Source: Macrostomum lignano (taxonomy: Eukaryota). From it: 31,851 nucleotides of DNA. Both the position numbers and the translations under genes were made by a program. Below, one piece after another: positions 19,949 to 30,165 of this stretch. Position 1 is the first letter of the stretch, and each line of letters starts with the position of its first letter. The notes beneath the pieces are model-generated. The model did not search any database and was not told the DNA's origin. It saw only the letters and a list, made by a program, of their open reading frames with translations. Location: positions 1 to 31,851 of the forward strand of contig NIVC01004906.1 of the NCBI GenBank assembly GCA_002269645.1, given 5' to 3'.

Positions 19949-22900
19949 AGTTTGAAGGTCGAGAGACAAGGCCACGTCCCTCCAGAAAATTTAATTGCAA
20001 AATGAAGGCCTCTAAGTGTGATTCTCAAGGTTGGCAAACTGTCCCCATTCGAAAGAGACATGCGTGATACAACTGTAAATAATGCGTTTAATGCACCTGC
20101 ATCTGCACCATCTGTATTTTCTGCATCTGCATCTGCCGCATCGCGATATGTTGTCCCTGCATCTGCTGTTGATGAGTCAGCATCAGCCGATGAGTCCCGA
20201 GAAGAAGAAGAAGAACCCGCACTTGAAGCAAGCCAACCAAAGCCGAAAAAGGTAAGCAAGTGTAAAGTTTTTGTCAAATCTAAGGTAGAACTAGTGAATC
20301 ATAAAAGTTACGAGGCAATAGTAGTAGGCAATATAGAAAAACAGGACTTTTATTAGATACGGGTGCCAGAAACAATTTCTTAAGTCAATCAGTGTGGTCA
20401 AAACTATTCGAACAAGATCAAATTAGGGAGACGAATAAGAGAGTTTCCACATTCGATGGAACGAGAGTTCAGTTAGATGGCGAAGTACATACTGCAGTGA
20501 AATTTAGAGACTTTGAAATCGAAATTGATTTCCTACTATGTAGCCATGAGTGTGATAACATACTCGGAATGGAGTTTTTCCTAGAGCAGTGTGAGAGCAT
20601 TCATCAAACAAAAGGCATGCTTATCTTGAAAGAGGGAATGTGTATTCCTATGCAGTACACCCACCTTCTGGTAAAGGTTTGCCGAGTATATATGCAGGAG
20701 AAGGCAGTCATTCCACCAAATAGTGCATTGCGAATCCGTATGCCTAGCAAAAAATTCTGAATCTAATTATGGAGCTCCAATGACAATTGAGACAATTGGA
20801 AATGGTGTGAGAGCAAGAGAAGAGACTCTGGAGATGAATCCAACTCTAGTGACTAGCGTGAAGGAGTAGCTATAGTGGAAGTCGTGAACTCGAGTCTAGT
20901 AGAAGTTAACTTGCCAAAATCATCGCTAGTAGGTTTAGCCAAGCCAATGAGAGCTAGAGAACTTACCTATCTAACTAGTGAGAAAAATCAATCAGAGCCA
21001 GTTACTGAGCGAGTCGATCAGGCGCAATCTAATGACAAGTCTTGGATTAGTGAAATTAATATTAGCGAGAACTTAACAAAAGAGAAAAAGGAGAAAGTGA
21101 TTCAGCACAGTGAAGCCTTTTCGCAAAATGAATTGGATATGGGTCTAACTCAGCTAGTGACACATGAAATTTCATTAAAAGATGAGACGCCTGTGAGGAT
21201 CCCAACTAGAAGGATTCCCCCTCATCTTTAGAAGCAGGTAGACACTCAGTTAGATGACATGCTAGCTAAGAACTTAATTTGACCATGCTACTCTACGTAC
21301 TCAACACCCTTAGTGATTGTACCCAAGAAGGATAATACTATTTGCACTGTGAGTGATTTCAGAGTACTAAATTCTAGGGTAAATTATTTCCCATATCTGT
21401 TGCCTAATATTCAGGAAACTTTCTTGCATTTGATGGGCAGTCAGTACTTTAGTAGTCTTGACCTAAATTCTGGTTATTGGCAGGTTCCAATTAAGGAAGA
21501 GCACAAACACATGACTGCATTTTCAACTTTAACTAGAGGGCAATTTGAGTATTAGGTGATGGCGCAAGGCCTATCTAATGCACCAGGCATTTTTCAAAGG
21601 CTTATGAATCTTGTATTGGCGGGCATTCAGCACAAATATGCCATGTCATACATAGATGACATTGTGACTTATTCGAAATGATTTGAAGAGCATTTAGAGC
21701 ATTTGAAGGAAGTTTTCCAAAGACTTATTAATGCAGGACTAAAGTTGATAGCTAAGAAATGTAATTTATTCCATAGTGAGCTAAAATATTTAGGCCATGT
21801 GATTGGGAGAGAAGGAATTAAGACCAACAAGATGAAAATAGAAGCTATTAAGAGTTGGCCGAAGCCAAAGGAGGTGAAGGAATTACGAAGCTTATTAGGA
21901 TTATGTAACTACTATAGTCGCTTTGTCAAAAATTATGCCAAAGCCGTGTATCCCTTGTTTCAATTGACTCGGAAGGGAGTGCAAAATTTTCAAGCAAAAT
22001 GGACTAAGGCTCATGATTAGGCATTTGAAGAATTAAAAAATAGAATGATGTCAACAGAAGTTTTAGCTTATCTGGAGTTTGTAGACGATGAAAATGTTAA
22101 ATGGTTTTAGACACTGATGCTAGTGATGGACGCATAGGAGCCTGTTTAGGTCAAATCCAGTCAGGTGGCATCAAGAGGCCTATAGCATATTTCAGTCGTG
22201 CTATGAAGGAATTGGAGAAACGGTATCTTTTTACTAGAAAGGAACTATTAGCTTTAGTAGACGTGATGAAGCATTTTAGGTTTTTTTTAATATGGAAGTG
22301 ATTCCTAGCGCGCACTGATCATAAAGTAATTATGTGGTTATAAAAGCAGACAGAAGCTCAAGGAATTCTAGGTCAATGGATAGAATGATTAAATGAGTTC
22401 CAGTTTGATATAGAACATAAAAGTGGGGCAAAACATTCTAACGCAGACAGTTTGTCCAGAAGACCGGCAGAAGAAGGCATGAGTGTCAGGAAAGAAGGTG
22501 TGAAAGCCAGTAAATTTATGAATGAAGAAGGCATGAGTGCCACGAGATAAGGCATGAAAGCCAGTGAATCTGTGAATGAAGATGGTGTGAGTGCCATGAA
22601 AGAAGGTGTGAGAGCTGTGGAAAACTGTAGTGAAGGAGAGATGCAGACTCTGCATCCCACTGATTCAGAATCTAGGATTGGGTCATTAATCTCAAGAGAG
22701 AAAGGTGTGAAAGAAACTGATGTGTCAGCACTAAGTTCAAGCAATATGCAATTGAACCGAGACACTGATCCTGAACACATGAAGAATGATATGCCTAAAG
22801 TTAAAAAATTATTGACTGATTATTTGCCAGTACCCTTGAAAAAGGAACAGATTGTAAAAGCTCAGAGAGAGGACGCAGCAATTTGTACATTAGTTAAATA

Positions 22901-22982
22901 GAAGCAAGATAAGCTGTCAGTTCCCCCATCTCAAGAGAGCAACTCAGCTGAGTTAAAGCAGTTAAGCAAGCATTATGAGAAT

Positions 22983-24188
22983 ATGAAGCTAGAAAAGGAA
23001 ATGCTCATTATTGAAGAAGATCAGAAATGGAAAGTCGTCTTGCCTAGATCCTTGGATAAGCTAGTTCTTAGCAATCTACATGATAGCCTACTAGCCGGAC
23101 ATTTAGGCAGGGACAAGACAATCCAGTGTGTCAAGGAGAGATTTTGGAGGCCAGGTTTAGTCACCGCAGTAGAGAAATATGTGGCGGAGTGTATTCCGTG
23201 CCTAGAGAGCAAAAGAGGTCATAAGATCCAGGCGCCAGTACTGTCATTTCCAATCAGTGAACCATTTCATAGATTGCATATAGACATGATTGGGCCAATC
23301 TTGAAAGTAAGCAAAAGAGGGCACCAGTATGTTCTAACTATAGTGGATAGTAACACGCGATACCCATTTGCATTCCCAATGCGTAATCAGAAAGCAGACA
23401 TGATTATCAAATTATTACAAGAGAGAGTGTTCAGTGAGTATGGCCAGTGCCATTGGATTCACACGGACAATGGTAAAGCATTTACTAGCAAGCAGTTTAA
23501 TTTGTTTTGCGATTTGTATAATGTTAAGCATATATGCACGACCCCATACCATGCCCAAAGTAATGGTTTGGTGGAGCGATTTAATAAACAAATTAAATCA
23601 ATTATTACTTGCTTAATAGAGAAAGACCACAGTGATTGGGATCTGCTAATCCCAGCAGCATTAGTAGTAGTCAGAACCAGTGTGAACCAGACCACCAGAT
23701 ATTCACCTCATTTTCTATTAATTGGAAGAGAAGCAGTTTTGCCTATGGATAGTGAGCTCAGGGAGTCAAATAATTACGCTAATTATCCAACGTATGCTGC
23801 CGAACACACAAAGAGGCTAGAGAGTGCAAGAAAACTTGTGAGAGAGAAGTACAAGAAGGTGCATAGCCATAGACAGGAAAATGCAGAAAATCAGAAAAAG
23901 CCCAAAAATATCGCACTAGGAAGTCTAGTACTAATAAATAATCTGCAATTAGAGAATGAGGAGTCAAATAAGTTTTATAGGAAAAAGAGAGCAGCTTACA
24001 AAGTGCTAAAGCAGATTTCGGAGGTTGTCTTCAAGATCCAGAAGGAAGAAAACAGAGAATTAACAGGCAATAAACTAATAGTGCATAGTGACTACATGAC
24101 ATTAGTACCGAACTCAGCTAGAGAGCCAATAGATAAGGGAGGCCAGCCCAGTATGCCAACTGCAGAGCTTCAAGATAAGGGAAGCTAG
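22983..24188 (+). CDS. Integrase domain, still an open 401-codon frame
   Basis: HHCC (H..LAGH...C..C), D (HIDMIGP), D (HTDNG) and E (SNGLVERFN). Confidence 0.93.
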   Translation: MKLEKEMLIIEEDQKWKVVLPRSLDKLVLSNLHDSLLAGHLGRDKTIQCVKERFWRPGLVTAVEKYVAECIPCLESKRGHKIQAPVLSFPISEPFHRLHIDMIGPILKVSKRGHQYVLTIVDSNTRYPFAFPMRNQKADMIIKLLQERVFSEYGQCHWIHTDNGKAFTSKQFNLFCDLYNVKHICTTPYHAQSNGLVERFNKQIKSIITCLIEKDHSDWDLLIPAALVVVRTSVNQTTRYSPHFLLIGREAVLPMDSELRESNNYANYPTYAAEHTKRLESARKLVREKYKKVHSHRQENAENQKKPKNIALGSLVLINNLQLENEESNKFYRKKRAAYKVLKQISEVVFKIQKEENRELTGNKLIVHSDYMTLVPNSAREPIDKGGQPSMPTAELQDKGS

Positions 24189-24698
24189 GCGGCAGAGGCA
24201 ATTTGCAAGGGAAGCCAGTCCAAGAAGACGACAAGAGCTAGACCAACTAAGAAGCTATGTGAACAAAAGAAGAGTCATCATCAGATGAAGAAGACCAAAT
24301 CAAATGGCAGTGCAAAATCCGTGATGGAAATGAATCTGTAAGAGGAAGCGATTTAGAGATAGGAGCAGAAGTAGAAGTTAGGGAGGAAAGAAGTGAAGGA
24401 GAGAATACACAGCGTGAGAGCTTAGAGGAAGAAAGTGAGGAAAGTGAGAAGGGAGAAGAATCAGAGCTTGAGCACAAGGGAGAGAGAGAAAGTGAGGAGG
24501 AGGTTGCACGCGAGCACAGTGAGTCAAAGGAGGAGATATCACATGCCAAGCAGAGTGAGAGACAGGATGACGCAATACTAGCTAAAGGTATAACAGGCGC
24601 AGTCAGATTAAGCCCCCAAACAGATGTCAGTGCTATCTGAAAAGGCTAATCTCTGTGTGGAGCCTATTATAGGGACTAAAATTTTGAGTCAGGGGAGA

Positions 24699-24952
24699 AT
24701 TGGCAGCGAGGGTAAGGCACAGAGCAAACAAACAAGTGGGATTTCATTGGGTAAGGGAATGAAATCAGAGCAGCCAATTAAAATCCAGCTATTGGGAAGG
24801 CCAGGAGTGGTCAACTGGGAAATCGGGGCAATCAGCCAATGAAAATTCAGCTTTTGATTAAATGAATTGATGGGCAAATTAAAACAAACAACGCCTAGGG
24901 TGGGGTGCCACGCCTATATAAACAAACACCCAGAGGTGAGAGGAAGTCAATT
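24699..24952 (+). promoter_or_regulatory. Internal Pol II promoter candidate: five CCAAT/ATTGG boxes plus TATA
   Basis: ATTGG at 24699, 24746 and 24791; CCAAT at 24774 and 24836; TATATAAA at 24915-24922; TCAATT at 24947. Confidence 0.6.
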
Positions 24953-24996
24953 ATAGTCATGTTGACAGCTAGTAACCGTTTTGGTATTGATTGACC

Positions 24997-26103
24997 ATGT
25001 TGGATTGCAATAGTTCCGTAATGGAAGATACGATTGATATAATGGCGGAAGACAATATCTTAGACAAGATTTTAGCTGACATTGAGATAGGAAGTGTAGA
25101 GGAAATTGAAGTAAGTGTGAGTGCAAAGACATCAGGAGACAACGCCGTGATGGCAGCGGAACTGGCAAAGATGTCAGGTGACAACGCCGTGATGGCAGCA
25201 ACAACGAAGTCATCAGGAAATGACACGGTGACGATAGCAGCAGTGGCGATGACGCCCAACAACAGCTCCGTGGTGGCGGAGGATGAAGAGGATCGCCCAA
25301 CCAAGCAGCTGAAGTCGGTGATTATCAAGAGGACATCTACTGAGACAGAAGGTGCGCAGTCAGCTAAGCGGCCTGCCCTGGGGAACCAGCCATTGGTTCC
25401 ACACAACCCAAAGGCCCGAGCGCAGCTGCTTAGCAACCAAGCCAACAGGCCAGTGCCTGTCATTCTGGCCATCATGAAGTGGAAGCCACAAGGCATTTGT
25501 CTCGCCAGTCAATTCCAGCTGATTCAGCCGAGGCTGCCGGCAGCAGTTGGTAGGCGAGGACAACAAATAGCAGCGCAGCAAGCTGCGAGGGCCAGCAGCC
25601 ACAGCGGCAGCAGCAGCAGCAATCGGCGGGCAGCCTGCGCCAAAATTGATGGCAGCTCTGACGCCAGTGCCGTCTACAGTTCCGAAGCGGCCACAGGATG
25701 CGGCAGCTTGTGGGTCAGCCAGCGCTGCAGACCTCAGCCTAGGCTCTGACTTCCCGGCCATGCTCGACAGGATCCCAAGAGCTCAACATGACCAATTGAA
25801 ATGCTTTATCAAGATGTTGAAAGGGCACCTGATGCGCATAGTGTATCTACGCACAGATCGGCCAACTCTATGTCGGTGCATGCAGGCCAAACCAGTGCTG
25901 CGTCTACTGGTGCAGCAATTTGATCTGGAGTCTAGAATCGCAGCGTGGCGCCAAGCAATCCAATATGCGCTGCTTAATCTGACACAGGTCGGGCAAACTT
26001 TCCATTGACTGCTTCTACAAATTGAGATCCGCTGGATGGCGGATCAGCTCGGCTGCCTTACCACGATCAGCTGCCTGAGGAATTCAAACTCGAGCGTAAT
26101 TAA
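24997..26103 (+). CDS. ORF3 of the retrotransposon, unknown function (about 360 aa after repairing one stop and 1-2 frameshifts)
   Basis: ACCATG at 24994-24999 (alternative ATGs at 25021 and 25042). A 252-codon ORF overlaps a 120-codon ORF (25646-26008) that reads on past a TGA to about 26103. Acidic, then Ala/Ser-rich, then a Leu-rich helical-looking C-terminus; no signal peptide or TM stretch. Confidence 0.6.
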
Positions 26104-26597
26104 GTAAATGAACTTTTGCAATTGTGAACTTACTTTTATTTGCATAAATTTCTATGCTAGTGCTATTTTTCTTTGTGAATTGCTTTTAATTGCGTGAATA
26201 CTATTTTTTGCGCGAATTACTAGTGCTAGTGCTAATTTTTCAGTGAATCTGTTTTATTTAGTGTAATTTTAAGACAATGCTATTTTTCTTTGCATGAATT
26301 TATGTTTTTGCTCTTATTTGGTTGAAGTTTCTGTACTTGTTTTTTGTGAAGTAGCCTTTAGAAATTTCTTATTTTCTGCATGCACAATTTTTATTTTATG
26401 CTTATTTTTCTTTGGTGAACAATTGCTTGATGACTTAGTGCTTTTCAAATGTTTATTAGCAACTACATTGTCTTGTATTTGTGCCATTAATACATTGCTT
26501 AGTTTTTTATGAATATGTATTGTTGTTGTTTTCCATTTATTACTTATATTAGTAGGCCTATCATTTTGTTCACTTAAAAATTTGCAAAATAATATTC

Positions 26598-26609
26598 AGG
26601 GAAGCCAAC
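26598..26609 (+). promoter_or_regulatory. Short polypurine tract candidate
   Basis: AGGGAAGCCAAC directly abuts the 3' LTR; it is short for a PPT. Confidence 0.4.
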
Positions 26610-27517
26610 TGTAGAAGGGCCTATGTTTAAATTAGTATTTTCCCACGAAATCAAATTCCTGCCAAAATTTACAAGTACCGTATAATTTGTTTTAATTCAC
26701 AAATTTGTTTTATCGAATATTTTTTGTTTTAGCGAAGTTAATAAATTTGTTTTAATTTTGTAGCGCAAACCAATAAGGAAAGACTTTGACTAATATAAAT
26801 ATAAGGTGAAGCTAGAACATTTTCTTTAACCTCAACCTTTTGGGTTCCTAACTCAGTTAATAGGAAATTAAGATTTCTTGGTTCTTCTGAATTAGTCCTT
26901 TGAAGCAGTATTGCAGACTAAGTTACCATGTTGGATAGCAAAAAGTGTTTTGCAAGTACAGTGATAAGCAGGGATTGCCAGTAAAGAGGGTGGAATACCC
27001 AGTGTAGAAAGGTGGAATACCCAGTGTAAGGGTGGAATAGGGGCCTACCCAGTGTAGAAGGGTGGAATACCCAGTGTGAAGGTTGGATTACCCAGGGAGA
27101 ATTTTCAGGTTGCTCAGATTAGCATAATGCAGTTCTAAGTCATGAGAAACAGTAGGCCTAATAAAAGAAGCTGGAAACCCCTCAGTCTATGGTAACACCG
27201 TGTTTGGACTGTAGAGTAGGAATTTAGCAATAATCAGCAGTGTTTTACTGCTTGGGCACTGAAGCTACCTAGGGTAATTCGTAGTGACAATAGCCCATAA
27301 CATAAAAAGTACATATAAGTTTAGAAATAAGATTCTAGGAAATAGCAAATTTAGTGCATATTAGTACAGCTGAGTAGGATTAAATAGGCAGAAATAGATA
27401 TAAACCTATAGCAACTTGGTGACTAATTGGTGGGATCTCAGTAAGTAGCGATTAGGCCTGTAACAACTTTGTGGCATTAGTGGGATTCTGAGAGATGGAG
27501 GAAACAGGCCTGCTACA
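26610..27517 (+). repeat. 3' LTR (908 bp)
   Basis: TGTAGAAGGG...GGCCTGCTACA followed by the ATAG TSD. Confidence 0.95.
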
Positions 27518-28554
27518 ATAGTCTTAAAAAATCAAATTTGAATAAAAAAGCATTTTTGCAAAGAATAGGCTAACTTTGCTTTGCAATACAATTATAGAGT
27601 AAAACAAAAAGTTCTAAGTTTTTGAAGCCCTCTAAGTTTTTATAAAATGAAGTATTTAAAGTTAAAGTAGGCCCCTATATATATTATTACTAAATATTAT
27701 ACAATTTATAGCATTGTAGCATAACTTTAACTTGGCCTTGGGTTGCTCTATATCAGTTAATACATTAGCTTTTTTATATCTCGACTCTGCACCCATGACC
27801 CATGGCTTAACTTCCAGAAATTCTATAGGCACTAGGGCCTAGTCTTATCTTTACAAACTGCAAGAAATTTCTGTCTTACCCAATATCTAGGCCTAGCAAA
27901 TATCAACTAGAAAAAATTTCTTTTTTATACTTTTTATAGAGAGATAAATAGACCTGGGAATAGGATAGGGCAGGGCGGCTAGGCCTATATAGATTTTATT
28001 AGGCCTAGGCCTAAAAAGAAGGTAGAGCACACTGTTGGTCGGAGTGCTATATTCTAAATCTCAAATATTATAGGCCTAATGATATTTATTAGATCTACAC
28101 ATTGCCCGGCGCCGGCGTTCAAGAAATTGGCAGCCAAATTCAGACATACAATCAATAATCGCATCGCGCGTCGAGGTCCACGCGCAAACGTAAACAATTT
28201 TATATAATTTAATACTTGCATGCGATCCTAACTTATGTAGCTTATTTTGAAAAGTTTTATTATACTTTAAAATAAATTCATAGTAATTTTTTATTTACCG
28301 CTGTAACTTTAGCTTACATCTTTTCGTTTTAAGAGCCATATTAAAAATTATTTGTTTGACTTAAGGCATGACTCGGGACGTAGTTTAATTTTAGAAGTGC
28401 CAGATAAAATTGTGCAATACACTCCTTCACTTCACTTTATGTTATTTAATTATCAACAGTAAAGCAACCGGCCGTTTTTGTTTACGTATTTAATATCAAA
28501 TTAAAGTTTCTGACAGCCTTATTTTTAACTGCTTTTGACTGATTGTTAGTAACG

Positions 28555-28570
28555 ATGCCGAAGAATAAAG
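28555..28570 (+). CDS. EIF1A: Probable eIF1A coding exon 1 (MPKNK-G), rest of gene outside window
   Basis: AACG-ATG CCG AAG AAT AAA G|GTATGA. MPKNKG is the eIF1A N-terminus, and a 16-nt first coding exon with a phase-1 intron is the recalled conserved structure. Acceptor-like TTTCTGACAG at 28507-28516 and CpG patches at 28100-28200. Only 5 codons are visible and exon 2 was not found. Confidence 0.6.
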
Positions 28571-29460
28571 GTATGATATGAATCTATTAATCCCATTTTC
28601 TACTCAAACTTTTATTAGGCCCCTAGGCAATCATTATCAATTACACTATCATTTTTAATTCTAAATTTTGTCGGTCGGTAGTCATTCACTATTAATTTAT
28701 TAGGTATTTGATTTTATCTCTTTGTTGTAAGTAATTTATGTTAAAATCGTTTTCCATTATTTATAATGTAGAATGAATTCCGGTTGTTTCGCCCCTAGAC
28801 TGTTTTAGCCATATTCTGTTTGCCCATAAACCAGTTTGTCTATAGGCGTTTTGGTCAAAATGGTGTTTATGCCATAGTCCAGAAGGTGGCCTTTACACCA
28901 GAAAATTCAGGCATATTTTTGCCATCACTGACAATCTTGGCATACTGCATACATTTGGTGTATAGAATTTTCAAGTTTAGCATGAGGTGTACACAGTTGG
29001 CATACAAAAGATAAGCCAAGTTCAGGGCTAATGTAATTGTGTAGTTAAATATCAACTAAGAGGTGTGTTTACAAAAATTGGGAACTAAAAAAACAAAAAT
29101 ATTAATGCAATTTACAAAAAGTAAAGATTAAAACAAAGCCAAATGATATTAGGTTTAGATTTTAGCAAAAAATACTCCTTGTAACATTTAGTACAATTGT
29201 TATGTTTTTTTAAAATATGTTTTTTAAAAAAATTGGCATATAAACAACTTTGAGCTTGGCATAAACATTTTTAGAGCCTAATTTTGTTAGTGTAAAATTA
29301 AAAAACCATAAATTTTTATATTGTCATATGCCTGCCATGATCCAGACTATGGTACTACCCGAGAAAAAAAAACAAACCAAACTTGCTAAGTACTTGGTAA
29401 GTCAACAATGCAACCTTGTGGCAAGTACTGCCTAAGTACTGTCTAAGTTTTCCAAGTACA

Positions 29461-30165
29461 CTCAATAAGTACTTTCCAAGTATGCAATGTTTTCTCCAGT
29501 CACTTCTCAAGTACTTTCCAAGTATGCAATGTTTTCTCCAGTCACTTCTCAAGTACTTTCCAAGTATGCAATGTTTTCTCCAGTCACTTCTCAAGTACTT
29601 TCCAAGTATACAATGTTTTCTCCAGTCACTTCTCAAGTACTTTCCAAGTATGCAATGTTTTCTCCAGTCACTTCTCAAGTACTTTCCAAGTATGCAATGT
29701 TTTCTCCAGTCACTTCTCAAGTACTTTCCAAGTATGTAATGTTTTCTCTAGTCACTTCTCAAGTACTTTCCAAGTATGCAATGTTTTCTCAAGTCACTTC
29801 TAGAGTACTTTCCAAGTATACAATGTTTTCTCTAGTCACTTCTCAAGTACTTTCCAAGTATGCAATGTTTTCTCCAGTCACTTCTCAAGTACTTTCCAAG
29901 TATGTAATATTTTCTCCAGTCACTTCTCAAGTACTTTCCAAGTATGCAATGTTTTCTCCAGTCACTTCTCAAGTACTTTCCAAGTATGCAATGTTTTCTC
30001 CAGTCACTTCTCAAGTACTTTCCAAGTATGCAATGTTTTCTCCAGTCACTTCTCAAGTACTTTCCAAGTATGCAATGTTTTCTCAAGTCACTTCTCAAGT
30101 ACTTTCCAAGTATGGAATGTTTTCTTAAATCACTTTTCAGGTACCTTCCAAGTATGCAATGTTCA
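29461..30165. repeat. Minisatellite, 42-bp unit, about 17 copies, in the putative eIF1A intron 1
   Basis: Unit AAGTACTTTCCAAGTATGCAATGTTTTCTCCAGTCACTTCTC, preceded by loose AAGTAC seeds at 29385-29470. Confidence 0.95.

Larger units (their letters stand above)
19939..24640 (+). pseudogene. pol: pol: aspartic protease, reverse transcriptase, RNase H, integrase (interrupted)
   Basis: LLDTGA protease site at about 20351-20368; RT motifs LDLNSGYWQV, MAQGLSNAPG.FQ, YIDD (21652-21660); RH DTDAS, ELLALV, TDH, NADSLSR; C-terminal acidic tail and an RRS..IKPPNR-like motif near 24596-24630. Multiple stops and 1-nt shifts. Confidence 0.92.
18026..27517 (+). mobile_element. Full-length, degenerate Ty3/gypsy LTR retrotransposon (9492 bp)
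   Basis: Two LTRs with TGTAG...CTACA ends, 4-bp TSD ATAG (18022-18025 and 27518-27521), PBS, and domain order gag-PR-RT-RH-IN. Confidence 0.96.

Noticed and set aside
20330-20356. Frameshift just before the protease DTG as a programmed event
   Set aside because: It lies inside the protease domain in an A run and is cancelled by another shift near 20060; the canonical slippery site is at 19939.
24997-26103. ORF3 as env
   Set aside because: No signal peptide, furin/fusion motif or transmembrane anchor is visible.
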